From Hydrurus foetidus (taxonomy: Eukaryota), in assembly GCA_900617105.1 (NCBI GenBank), contig UYFQ01000648.1, positions 1 through 51,155 of the forward strand: DNA of 51,155 bases, given 5' to 3'. Made by a program: the position numbers and the translations under genes. Under the pieces are notes generated by a model. It was not told the origin of the DNA, did no database searches, and worked only from the letters and a program-made list of their open reading frames with translations. Shown in pieces: positions 34,184-46,232 of the stretch; the stretch's first letter is position 1, and every line of letters starts with the position of its first letter.

Positions 34184-36797
34184 ATGGATCCAACTCCTGT
34201 CGTTGCTGCCTCGGCGGAGCCAGACGATGTTTACTCCATGCAAGCTAAAATAACTAGCCAGCAAAGTGTCATCAAACTTCTGAAGAAAAGCGGCACCGCG
34301 TCGGCACAAGCTATTGCGGACGGTGTTGCAATCCTTCTGGAACTGAGAGCCTCATTAGCTGAAATGCAGAAAACTACGGATCCCGTTGAGGTGTTCAACA
34401 GAAAGTCTTTCGATGAGCTAATTCTTCGCAAGATGTACGTTGTCCCAAGTTTTGAAATTCACAATGGACCTGCTGGACTGTTTGACTACGGACCCCCAGC
34501 TTGTGCGTTGAAATCAAACGTTCTCGCTCTTTGGCGCCAGCATTTTGCGTTGGAGGAGAATATGTTGGAAATGGAATGCACCAACTTGACTCCAAGTGTA
34601 GTGCTGGAGACATCAGGGCATGTAGAGCGCTTTACTGATTTCATGGTCAAAGATGAGAAAACAAGCGAGTGCTTCCGTGCCGACAAATTGCTTGAGGATG
34701 CAATTGATAAACTCTTGGACAGTAACCCTACGATGCCAGTTGAGGAGCAGGAAGCTCACAGAATAATTCAGGTCATGATGATGTGCTTGTCAGACAATTT
34801 TTCAGAATTATCATGCTTTTTTTGCTTACTTCTACGGCCTACTCCTACAATTATTTATCTCCTACTTTCAGAGGCAAGCGGACGCTTTTACTGCAGAAGA
34901 ATTGCACGGCATGCTTAAGAAGTATTCCGTGAAGTCACCTAGCAATCCCGAAAACGAGCTCACCCAGCCATTTCCCTTCAACTTGATGTTCAAAACAACC
35001 ATCGGGCCTGAGGGCACATCTGTGGGATATCTAAGACCTGAGACAGCCCAGGGACTATTCGTCAACTTCAGGTACGATACCATACAGCAACTCATGTGAT
35101 TCCTCGTATTAAGACTTCTCTTCCCAGTCAACACACATTTCTTAAATTCTTTGTATTCACCACTTTACAGGCGTTTGTTAGACTATAATCAGCAGAGGAT
35201 GCCCTTTGCAGCAGCTCAGATCGGATTGGGCTTTCGCAATGAGATCGCTCCTCGTAACGGCCTTCTCCGTGTGAGAGAATTCTGCATGGCAGAAATTGAG
35301 CACTTCGTTAATCCGGACGACAAAACTCACCCTAAATTTCACAAAGTAGCGGACAAGGAGTTGGTGTTGTTTCCATCTGACGCTCAGCTGGGATCAGGAA
35401 GGACTGTCGTGATGACAGCGGGAGAGGCTGTGGAGAGAAAGGTGATCAACAACGAGACTCTCGCGTACTTCATGACAAGGACTCAGATGTGGCTGGAGAA
35501 GATTGGAGTGGACCCAAAGAGAATGAGATTCAGACAGCATCTTAAGAGCGAGATGGCGCACTATGCAGCTGACTGCTGGGACATGGAGATACATCTTTCC
35601 TACGGATGGATTGAGTGTGTCGGACATGCTGATAGAGCTTGCTATGATCTAGACCAGCACGCCAAGAAATCCGGTGTGCCCATGGTGGCAGCTGTGAGAC
35701 TGCCAGAGCCTATCTTAGTGGACAAAATGATAGCAGAGCCGAACAAAAAGCTTCTGGGTCCTCGATTTAAGTTGGATCAGAAGACCGTCATCAACGCCCT
35801 TGAGGCCCTGGAGGGACTCGAAGTGGAGACCTTCAAGGCCACCATCGAAGAAAAGGGGGTGGCCACATTGGCTGGGTTTGAGATCACAAAGGACCTCGTG
35901 ACTTTCAAGACGGAGAAGAAAACGATCGTTGAGACTAAGTACACACCGAGTGTCATCGAGCCTTCATACGGCATCGGACGCATCTTATACGCAGTGCTAG
36001 AACACTCCTTCTCCCAGAGGAGTGGGGACGAGAACAGATGCGTGATGTCCTTCAAGCCCTGTGTGGCACCTATGAAGGTGGGCATCTACAGACTGATCAA
36101 CCACCCGCCCTTCGACTCCATTATCGGCAGGCTGAGGGACTCCTTGCAGGCCTCCAACATAGTGTCCAGGGTAGATAGCTCCTCCGGATCAGTGGGCAGG
36201 AGATATGCCAGAGCTGATGAACTGGGCATTCCATTCGGAGCAACCATCGACTTCCAGACTTTGCTAGACGACTCCGTGACTCTGCGAGATAGAAACACTA
36301 TGGCACAAGTGAGGGTGCCTCTCAGCAGACTGAATGTCCTACTACATCAGCTGATAGCCGAGACCATTTCATGGGATGTGGTCATGATGCGCTTTCCTAT
36401 TGTGCATGCGGGAGGGGAGGAGGCGGACGAGGAGGAGGAATCCTCCAAGTCCACTGCCGCTGCTGCTAGTGCTGTGTCAGTGACTCCAGCTGACATACCC
36501 GCCACTATCGTGCAGAACACGCACAGAGGGATGTTCAGCAGACCTAACCCTCTCTCCTCAGGTGCAGTGTTCACATCCCTTACTGCTGCTGCTGCTTCCA
36601 CTGCTTCTCCTTCTGCTACTGCATCTGCTGCAACTGCATCAACATCAAAGACATCGAAGGCTACTGTCAACATTGCCAAACCTACCCCTACCCCTTCCTC
36701 TGAGAACACTGCATCTGAATTTGCCAATGCACCAGCATCGAAATCCCGAATCATCTTAGTGAAAACTAACAAATACTCCGTTTATGCAATTTATTGA
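34184..36797 (+). CDS. GARS: Glycyl-tRNA synthetase, eukaryotic alpha2 type, with WHEP-like N-terminus (3 exons)
   Basis: GLFDYGP, TSGHVERFTDFMV, YLRPETAQGLF, FRNEIAPRNGLLRVREFCMAEIEHF, VIEPSYGIGRI, GRRYARADELGIP. Introns at 34772-34871 and 35072-35170. Confidence 0.97.
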
Positions 36798-37596
36798 ATC
36801 ATCACAGGATCCGTCTGATATTTTAATCTCAAGAATTTTCCTGGTAACTAAAATCTGATTTGGAACGTTTACCATCATTTACATTTTTGAGATCATATCG
36901 GAAACTGAGAGAATATCGCACGCATTGTTCAGTCTATTGCCGTAGACGCAGGAAAGCTGTTTATAAATTCATTGAAGCGAAGGAAAACAGTTTCAGTTTT
37001 CAGCTCGATTTCTCATACAATACGGTACGACAACCAGATTTCATCCCGCTGATCAAGTAAAGCAGATGAGGTTACAGCGGCATTGCATGATAGACTCAAC
37101 AATCTAAACTCAGTCAAGTCGCGCTGACTGGGCCCGGAACGACTTTCAGACAGACGGACGCACGTGTAGTCAAAATCCACTAAATCGCCGCTATTACATC
37201 AATTGCATGAGTAGTAATCAATTAATTCCAGCCGAGCATCTTTAGCAAATGTAGTTAGAAGCGTCGACTTCATGATGATCTACGACCCAGTAATTTAGTT
37301 TTAGTGTACAGCTTGCTGCCAAATGTCGCAATGTCCCTATCCGACCATTCAGTACCAAGCTCCTCGTATTCAGTGTGACACTCTCCAGGCTCACTGTACT
37401 CTAATGATCTCAACTGTCTGTGAGAGGTGAGAGCTGCCTGCACATTGCAGCGGCTTCTCCGGCCCAGTTCATACTACTGAAAGTCAATCATCAGTTCTTG
37501 CCCCTGCGCGCATCTACAGAACCTCACTCTTTTCATCATTTGTCGCAAAAACCACAAATTGATTGCTAGTACGCAATTGAAAGTCTTAGAAGACAA

Positions 37597-38552
37597 ATGT
37601 TATCAAGTGTAGCTGCAGATCTCATTCACAGCAAGTCATGCTTCCAGGATTCACAGATTTACGGTCAAATTTACCAAGAAATAGTGGCATCGTCATATAA
37701 TGATGATTACGATCGGTCAGACAACGAATATGACTCCCGACAGCCGAAGCGTTACAGCCCGCGAGAGCAATCATTCAGTACGCTCGGTGGACTGTTAAAG
37801 AACCCGAAGCAGATGGGGGCAGGGTTGCTTGGTGTCGGTGCTTTGCTTACAGTAATGGGAGTCATGCTTTTCTTTGAGGGGACCTTACTTCGTTTGGGAA
37901 ATGTGAGTACCAACTAAGGAGCTTCTGAAAGTGACTATTTCAGGTCTGACAACAACATCCTCTCGACACTTCACAGATATGCATTATAGCGGGGATTCCC
38001 TTGCTTATTGGTGTCGACAGAGTGCGTGGCTTCTTCATGAAGGAAAGTCGGATCCAGGCATCGTCAATAACAGCTTTAGGTGCTTTTACAGAACTCAGCT
38101 GCATCTAGATGACATCTCATCCAAGAATTTGGATACAGTGAAACTTAACGAACTTTTGCTATTATCAGGCATTCTACTGGTATTTTATGGGAAGCCACGG
38201 TTGGGAATACTTTGCGAGCTGTTTGGCCTGTTAAGTTTATTTGGGTGAGTCAGTCTCGATAGATTTCGGTATATATAATGTACAGAGGATGAACAGAACT
38301 GTCATTTTATCCGATCTGCTTTACCAATCACTTCTACTGCATGATGACTCCAATTTATTGTCTACGCTTCTACACAGAAACATGTTTCCGCTTCTTTTAT
38401 CTCTGGGTAGAAGACTTCCTGTGGTCGGAGATATAATAGCGGCATTTGACGGAAAATCTGATAGTAAAAAAGGAGACAATAGAGAACGACCGAGACCAGT
38501 GAGGAGAGATGGAGGCAGACCGCCACAGAAGAGATATGACCCTGAATTCTGA
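37597..38552 (+). CDS. GOT1: Got1/Sft2-family vesicle transport membrane protein, multi-exon; 5' end uncertain
   Basis: Spliced translation: GAGLLGVGALLTVMGVMLFFEGTLLRLGN-ICIIAGIPLLIG..FFMKESRI..GILLVFYG..GILCELFGLLSLFG-NMFP..RRLPVVG. Confidence 0.82.
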
Positions 38553-38823
38553 ATCCGTATATGATCAGCGGACTACTGACCGATTCTGAAAGCTTTGTAG
38601 TATTTATTACCAAGTGATATGGCCGATTCTGATGAGATCGAGATGGATGATGCTGTGTGCACAGTACAAAGCACTCTCCATGAATACAATCGCTACCACC
38701 GTGAGATCGTTAGATAGTATCATCCAATCCTATAGTTTGACTTACATAGACGAGTGGGTACACTAGACTTTCTATTATTCAAACCTATGCACTTAGACGA
38801 GGACTTGTGGAGGGAAGGAGACT

Positions 38824-41800
38824 TCATTGATTACTGGTGACTAATGTTAAGACAAGGTCATTCAATATCTCTGTGGACATTTCTACTACATCACCAGGCA
38901 GCAAAGATTTACAAATACATTTTAGTACTGCAGTTAATTTTTTATTTGCTGAGAGAACGTTCAATCTTTTACTCATCGCAAACATCAAATCCGCCAGGGG
39001 AGTGAATAAATTGCCATTTATTATTTGGAAAAATGTAGGGTCCATTAGTCCAACGTCCCCACCACACAACAGTCGAAGGAACTTGAACTCCTGATTCCAT
39101 TTCTCAGATTTATCACTGTTCAGAATTGAGGGGATGTGTGTAGTGCGTGCGGCCACTTCGACAGCGAAATTGACATGTTGCATGCAGACTTGTAGTCGAG
39201 TCCATTCATTGATGAAAGTCAGAGATAACTGTTCTCTCTGCTGAGCTTCAGAGGGAATCAGAAGTAGACTCTCTCGAATCCTATCACACACAGTCAGAGC
39301 TGCTTCACCTTCGCCTTTATCTGCATCTATTTTTGTGTCTGCATTTGTATGTCCGAGTTCTGCATGTCCCAGAGAGCAGCTGCGATGAGTTGAGAGTAGG
39401 ACCATGAAGGAGGACACGATGTATGCGGCCGCTGCAGCAGTAGAAGAGACGTTGTCGAATTGCCCTACATGCGCTGCAACACATGTACGTACTGGCAGAT
39501 CGATACTGAGGAATAGATGAGCTGTCATCGTTAAGAAGAACACTTGATCTCTGACATAATCTATTTGATGTGCATATGAGAGCGACTCCAACTTCAATGA
39601 CATCGGGTTAGTCACGCGGAGTGTCAAGGAAGGTCCGCGATCTCCTAACAACAGACAAGCAGTACTTCTCATCAAACGATCTCTCGTGCAACTGACAGCG
39701 GGTGGCGTCTCAAGAGCATGCAGTGCGTTGTCTCTGTCGTGTGGTAGTAGGAGTGATCTCTTCTCTAGATGGGGTGACGCATTCTTCTTGAATATTTCTG
39801 TGATGTACGTGCTATTACTACTGCTGCTGCTGCTGCTGTTCGAGCCGCCATCGCCACTTACTGAAAATAGACAAGAATATATCCTAGCCCTCAAGGGCTG
39901 CAGCAACAGGTAGTCAGCTGTATCCCTGCATTCTGTGACATCCGTTACACCTGCAACTGCACCTCTCTCACTCTCACTCTCATCCTGTCTCTCTCGACTG
40001 TCAGATGGCAGGGTGACTTCCCCCCTTAAGGGAGTGAGAATGCGAGACGGTCCGGTGACACCGATACGCAGTGAACAAGGAGTGCGACCGATGAAGAGTT
40101 TGGAAGTGAGCACCTGATCCATGTCCGGTGACAGTCGAATGCCTTTAGGATGAAGGTGACGGCGATGATGGCTACGATGCAAATGTTCCGATGTACTGTC
40201 CTCTGTCCGCCCCTCTGAGCGAAGATCAAGATGAAGTGATTGAGCTCCTTCCGCTTCCTCTTCTCTTCCTCCTTGTCTTTCCTCTTGCCCTTTTGTTTCC
40301 TCTTCATCTTTTCTTCGCCCTTTGTCTTTCCTGTCACCTTCCAGGAGTGCTAACAAGGCCCCTGTCTGCACCTGAGCACAGGATGGTGAGCAGCAACAGC
40401 ATCGGAAACAGCATCTAATTCGAGATCTCTTCTCTGCTCTGCTCTTAGTATGAGACAGATTGGGTGGAGATGAAATTGTGTCATTGCTATTCAGATTCAC
40501 TGATGAGATGCGATATCTCTCAAGTGAGTCCTCCAAGGCAGCATTGAAAGAACAGCATAGAGATGGCACCTTCTTCAACCCCTGCATTTGATTTTCACTA
40601 TTTGTTGTATCTTGTGCTGTAGCACACCTCGTCCCTACCGCTATATGCGATATAACTTCCTCCTCTGATATCCCCATCAAACCGGATGTTACCGTTATAG
40701 CTGTTAGTGACGTGCTAAATCCTAAGATTTTTCTGCTTTTTTCCAATTCACGCAGTAATTCTGCTGCAGCTTTCACGGTTTTCAGTCCTGATTCTCCGTA
40801 TACCCAGGAACATTCTTTGCTTTTGCTAGATTGGATCTCAGACACTGCGTCGGAGTCATTCTGGACGGTCACATCTACAGTGAGATCGCAAGAAGGTGCT
40901 ATCGGACTTAGAGATATGCTTGCACTAGAGTCAGAGTGTTTCATGCGGCTTGCTTTCCTCCTGTTTTCTTCTTCTATTTTGTTTGCCCTTCGTCTGCTCT
41001 TCAGTCTGTCAGCGGCTGACATAGAAGCGTCACTGCGCTTACACTTAGACTTGCATAATTTCTGCCGCTTTCCGTCAGTTTCATCCAAGTTATCGTGATC
41101 TGTTGTGTTTGTGAGATCTAGTTTATCCAGTGTCAAGATACTCTCGCCTCTCATCCGGTTTTTCAAGGTCTTGAAACCCTCAAAAAGTATTTGGTGCATA
41201 TGATAGCAGGTCTCCATAGATGTGAAATCGTTCCCGACAAGGGCTGCGAGCAGTGGAAGATTACTTTCTGATATGCCCATCAAATTTGACAGCTTTCTGC
41301 GCTTGATGATGAATGCATTTAGACTGCCATCGTTTGCAAAACCGAATCCCCAAAATGGTATGAAGCCCACATTCGAAGTCTCATAGATAAGCATATCAGA
41401 ATCATTGCTCATAATGGCTGTGGCGTTGATAGCAATTGCGACTTCCACAATATTCTTATCTGCCTCACCATCTGCATAAAATGCCCGAGTCCATTTTGAT
41501 TGCTGAGTTCCACTTGACTGCAAGGCTCGTATTGCGTTTATGATACAGCTGATAGCCAGAAGAGGGGGTGTTGACTGTATTCTCATTCCACAACTATTAC
41601 TATTTGAATCTTCATGTCTATTCTGAATTGATTGAGCATCATTCGAAGGAGTTTTCTGATCTCTATCACCAAGATTATCATGGCGACTGTCCATTGGCTG
41701 CTGCGATAGAGCTGAGTTCATATTCGCAGATTGTTTGCACAAACGATCGAGTCGACACTTCAGCTTATCGGTTTCAGTTGCACCATCAAAAACGAAAAAG

Positions 41801-42087
41801 CAGTTAACATTGCTTGTATGGCACTTGATTATCCATGAAGTGACATGCTTTTTTAGCATTCTATAATTTGTGTTCAAAGAGGGCGCAGTGCCAAAACATT
41901 CCAAACAGAACCAGTGAGAGAACGCGTTGCCGTCGATAACAATATCATGACGAGAGGAGGATGATGCTACCTCAGTCTTGAGGCTCTCAGTATGGTTACC
42001 ATCAGCATTCGAAGACAGATCAACATGGTCTGAGATACTGCCTAGACTTCCCTCCTTCAAAAACGCAGTCAAGCCGCGGATACCCAT
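38824..42087 (-). CDS. Asteroid/XPG-like PIN-domain protein (FEN1 superfamily), single 1087-aa ORF
   Basis: MGIRGLTAFL, IVIDGNAF, FVFDGA, GEAD, MSNDSDMLIY and LPLLAALVGNDF motifs. Confidence 0.85.
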   Translation of the reverse strand: MGIRGLTAFLKEGSLGSISDHVDLSSNADGNHTESLKTEVASSSSRHDIVIDGNAFSHWFCLECFGTAPSLNTNYRMLKKHVTSWIIKCHTSNVNCFFVFDGATETDKLKCRLDRLCKQSANMNSALSQQPMDSRHDNLGDRDQKTPSNDAQSIQNRHEDSNSNSCGMRIQSTPPLLAISCIINAIRALQSSGTQQSKWTRAFYADGEADKNIVEVAIAINATAIMSNDSDMLIYETSNVGFIPFWGFGFANDGSLNAFIIKRRKLSNLMGISESNLPLLAALVGNDFTSMETCYHMHQILFEGFKTLKNRMRGESILTLDKLDLTNTTDHDNLDETDGKRQKLCKSKCKRSDASMSAADRLKSRRRANKIEEENRRKASRMKHSDSSASISLSPIAPSCDLTVDVTVQNDSDAVSEIQSSKSKECSWVYGESGLKTVKAAAELLRELEKSRKILGFSTSLTAITVTSGLMGISEEEVISHIAVGTRCATAQDTTNSENQMQGLKKVPSLCCSFNAALEDSLERYRISSVNLNSNDTISSPPNLSHTKSRAEKRSRIRCCFRCCCCSPSCAQVQTGALLALLEGDRKDKGRRKDEEETKGQEERQGGREEEAEGAQSLHLDLRSEGRTEDSTSEHLHRSHHRRHLHPKGIRLSPDMDQVLTSKLFIGRTPCSLRIGVTGPSRILTPLRGEVTLPSDSRERQDESESERGAVAGVTDVTECRDTADYLLLQPLRARIYSCLFSVSGDGGSNSSSSSSSNSTYITEIFKKNASPHLEKRSLLLPHDRDNALHALETPPAVSCTRDRLMRSTACLLLGDRGPSLTLRVTNPMSLKLESLSYAHQIDYVRDQVFFLTMTAHLFLSIDLPVRTCVAAHVGQFDNVSSTAAAAAYIVSSFMVLLSTHRSCSLGHAELGHTNADTKIDADKGEGEAALTVCDRIRESLLLIPSEAQQREQLSLTFINEWTRLQVCMQHVNFAVEVAARTTHIPSILNSDKSEKWNQEFKFLRLLCGGDVGLMDPTFFQIINGNLFTPLADLMFAMSKRLNVLSANKKLTAVLKCICKSLLPGDVVEMSTEILNDLVLTLVTSNQ

Positions 42088-42203
42088 AGCAAATACTCTC
42101 CTACCGCATCTCTCTGACTCTCAAGCGCCTCCAGAAGTTCTAAATATGTAGATCTCAGTTCAGTGCTTGACTCTGTACTGCCTCATGCCTCAGTCCTGAC
42201 AGT

Positions 42204-42461
42204 CGAAACATACAAAATAAAAAATCCTCAAAACACGGGTTTTCCGAAAATCCTCGGCCCTTTTGGACCCAAGACCTCGTGTTTTTTTGGATTCCTCGTT
42301 TTGAATTCCTCGATCCGAGGGCTTCAAAACGAGGAATTTTAAAAAACCTCAAAACTCAAAATTACGAAAAAGTGGCTGGTTCGGTTTCACCGATTTGAGG
42401 AATTCAGGAAACCCGTGTTTTGAGGATTCGAGGATTGAGGTTTCGTTTTTTGTATGTTTCG
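42204..42461. mobile_element. Foldback/MITE-like element (258 bp) in the divergent promoter between the PIN gene and SF3A1
   Basis: Terminal IR CGAAACATACAAAA / TTTTGTATGTTTCG. Inner IR AATCCTCAAAACACGGGTTT / AAACCCGTGTTTTGAGGATT. Many CCTC/GAGG motifs. No clear TSD. Confidence 0.75.
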
Positions 42462-42725
42462 CATGTGAGAGGAAGGAGGCAACCAGCCGTAACAAACCGA
42501 ATATTCGTATTCCATATTCCGGTATACCGTATTACGGGAAATCGTTACGATGGATCGGTGATCGATGCGTCTGGCGTCTGCCGCTGCTAGTGGCTGCTGT
42601 TGCTAACACTAACCATACTGCGTTGGTCTGAAGGACAAAGATCAAAATTTCTTCGACCTTTTCGCCACCGATGGTTTGAATTGCATTGTATATAGGTGGT
42701 TCGTCAAACACATCTCAAAATTGTA

Positions 42726-45254
42726 ATGGAGGTTCAGAACAATGAAACAGCTCCTGTTGATGAAGATGTCCGGAAAGCGAAACAGGGGAAAGTTACCGGT
42801 GTAATCATACCACCACCAGACATTCGCGCTGTTGTCGATAAAACAGCCCAATTTGTTGCTCGTAATGGTAAAAGTTTTGAGCAAAGAATCCTTAGCAGTG
42901 GTGAGGGGAAAACTGCGAAATTTAATTTCATGAAACAGTTTGATCCCTACCACGCATACTACGAACAAAAAATTCGGTGAGTTGCAAGTATCATTAGAAT
43001 TCGACCCTCATTGTGATAGGATGTCGTTGATCTCATAGGGATTGTTTAGCTTATGAAAACATCTTTACGTTAACAGAGAACATGAGGATGAAAAAAATGG
43101 TATTACTGTTGAGCCTGTAAAGGATGCTGGTGCAGCATCAGAAGAGACGAAACTAGCCGAAGTTGCTGTGGCACCAGCTGTTGTTCAAAGCGTATCTACT
43201 TCAGCGAAGGCATCAATAACGACTCCTATTGCAAGATTTGCTATGAACAAGCCAGCTACTGCGCCTCATCCTTTTGAGTTTACCGTTGAGCACCCCTCTG
43301 GACTGAGCGCCCTTGATGTGGATATCATCAAACTGACAGCTCAGTATACAGTCGCTAATGGGAAAGAATTTTTGCTGGGCTTAGCTGTAAGGGAACAGCG
43401 CAATCCGCAATTTGACTTTCTGAAACCAACGCATATGTTGTTCAGTTACTTCACAACTTTAGTTGATGCATATGCGAAGGTGTTGCAACCAAGTGAAGAA
43501 CAAATTGAACGTCTGAAAAGCAAGAAGGATCGGATGAAAGCGTTGGAGTGCTCAGTGCACAGATGGGAATGGAACAGATCAGAAGAGGAGAGGAAAAAGA
43601 ATGAAACTGTTCATGTTGACGAAGAGCGGTCCGCCTTTCAATCCATTGATTGGTTTGATTTTACTGTAGTGGAAACGATTGATTTTGCTGATGATGAGTT
43701 GTATGAGCAACCTGGTGCATCAAAGCCGATGGCTGTTGTGCATGAAGAAGATGATGACATGGACACCGACATGGACGAGGATGACGACCATAAGATGACC
43801 CAGGGGGCGATGATACCACCACCGCCTACAATGGCATCCATGAATAATTCTTATCAGCACCCTATTCCGTCATCCTCTAGCGCGATGGATGTCACTTATT
43901 CTGCACCAAATGGCAGTCAAAATGATGCCAGTAAATACGGAGGTGGTGGTGACATGGAGATGGACACGGAAGCAGAAATGGATCTTAACGTTGTCACGGA
44001 CTATGCACCCCGTGTAGCTGGTAGCGGCCCATCAGGACCACTTACCATGGTGGACCCTATATCAGGCAAGATTATTCCTGTGGACGAAATGGGGGAGCAC
44101 ATGAGAGTACAGCTGATGGATCCGAGATGGCGTATCGAGCAGAAGCGGTTTCAAGATAAGCAGAGAGAAACGGGGTATGCAGAAGGAGGATCCATTGCAG
44201 ATAGTCTGAAGCTCTTCGCCAAGAAGAGAGGAGACATCTTCGGAGAGAAAGGCTCTGGCAACACAGATGGGGAGGAAAAGAAAGGTCCTGAATCCGTACA
44301 GTGGGACGGACACATGGCCTCCATCCCTCAAATGCAGCAGTTGAAGAATGAGATGGCAGCGAGAGCTCCTCAAGTAGTCGTCACCGCTGCATCAGTGCTG
44401 CCTGCCATCGGTCCAACCATACCGGGTCTCGGTCCCCAGGCACCTAGGGTGATACAAGCCCCTGTCCCAGTCCCTGTCATGGTGGCCCCCACCCCTATGT
44501 CTGTGCCCCCCCCACCAGCCCCCATGCTGGTCATGCCCCTCCCCCCCTCCATAGCAATAGCACCAAATTATCCGGTTGCATCCTTCCCTCCACCGCCCGC
44601 TCCTTTGGCTTCCCTTATAGCCCCTCCTCCATTCCCCTCTACATTTGAAGCACCACCCCCTTTCCCGCCAACATTAAATGCATCCGCCGCATTCAACGGA
44701 TGGCCGGTCCCTGCTCCTGCCCCTTACCCCACAGAGCCTGAGCGCGAGATGCCTGCAGTGAAGAAACCTCGCACTGACGTCAGTGCGCCATCTCAGTCAA
44801 TAGGTGCGTACTTTATTTTAAGTGAATATTTCTTTTTAAATTAGTACTCCTTTTTTAAATTTGTTTTAACCATTGATGAACTCGTTTTAGATTACTTCCT
44901 CCCTTAAATTTCCCTTTTGTCGACTCTTCAGCATTTATTCCCGCAGCGGAATTCGCATCTCAGTTCCCTGGACCGATAACTGTGCTGGCAATTACCCCCG
45001 TGGACGGGTCCGTCCCGGCCTGGGGACTGGGGGGTCAGTCGGTTAGCGTGACTGTGTCCGTGACCTGCACTGTGAAGCAGTTCAAAGAGTCTTTGTCAGC
45101 TCTGCTTGGTGGGATGCCTGCGGCTAAGCAGCAATTAAAGGCAGTGGCAGGTGGAGCTTTTTTCAAGGACAGTCAGACTCTGGCGGAGTTGAATGTAGGC
45201 GATGGTGTATCAATTGATCTGAGCGTTAAGACAAGAGGAGGTGCGAAGAAGTAG
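42726..45254 (+). CDS. SF3A1: Splicing factor 3A subunit 1 (Prp21), 3 exons
   Basis: Two SURP domains (IIPPPDIRAVVDKTAQFVARNG; DIIKLTAQY..NPQFDFL), IDWFDFTVVETIDF, EHMRVQLMDPRW, a Pro-rich region and a C-terminal ubiquitin-like domain. Introns at 42977-43076 and 44804-44931. Confidence 0.96.
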
Positions 45255-46232
45255 TGATGTGACGCACACACGATATGTTGGGACAGAAACATAGAGTGTG
45301 GGTGTGAGTGTGAGGAGTACTGCAGTGCCATGTCATGCGACATCATGTCATGTGGTATCATGTCATGTCATGTCATGTCATGTGCTTCTCTCTTAGCAGC
45401 ACTGCCTCTGTGTGTTGCGCTGTATTCGAGCTGCTTCGAAGCAGCAAGGGTATAGTGCACCCTCTCGAAATTATTCTTTTGAGGAACTTGAACTCCTTGA
45501 TTCCATGGAACAGAATACTAATGAAAGCGAGCTGTCTTCGGTTTAGTGTTTTGTACAGTCTTCGTACGGGTGCTCTACCGCCTATTTATTCCATTTCAGC
45601 AGAAGGGATGTGGGAGAGACGGGACGGGACGGGACGGGTGCTGACCTGCACCACGAAGTTTATAGCGCTGATACCAACAGGAAGGAGATAATTTCACTTG
45701 ACAAAATCTGTGAATGAAAAGACGGCGTCCAAAATGTTTCAATGCCATGAGTGCTGTGGAATGCAGCACTATTCAAAATAGCGAATGGCTTCTCTGTCCG
45801 AGCGTTTTCTGCAGCTTGAACTTTATGAACAGCTTATTTCACTCACTCCCACATTTTAAAGCGATAATAGGAGTGGAGGAGCTGAAAGCAGATAATCATG
45901 GCTAGATTTGTAAATGTCGTGAAAATTCAAGAGTGGACAATGGAACGGATAGTTTCTACGACAGAAAAAATGAGTTCATTTTCTATGGCTTTTAGGTGTG
46001 ACATTAAAAGCCGTTTCATAAACATCAAGCAGCAACGCTCAAAGCTCGATGCTCATTCTGTAGCAATCTGATCAGTACTTGGTATTTGGTATATGAGTTA
46101 GTTATTTCTTGTCCTATGTCAACCAATTCTCATCGATAATTTCTATCGGACTCGATTTTGATGTCAAAATCAAACCATTCCGCTGTAGAATGAATCATCA
46201 TAAAGCTCCAAGAAACTAGTATTCCTTCAGCT

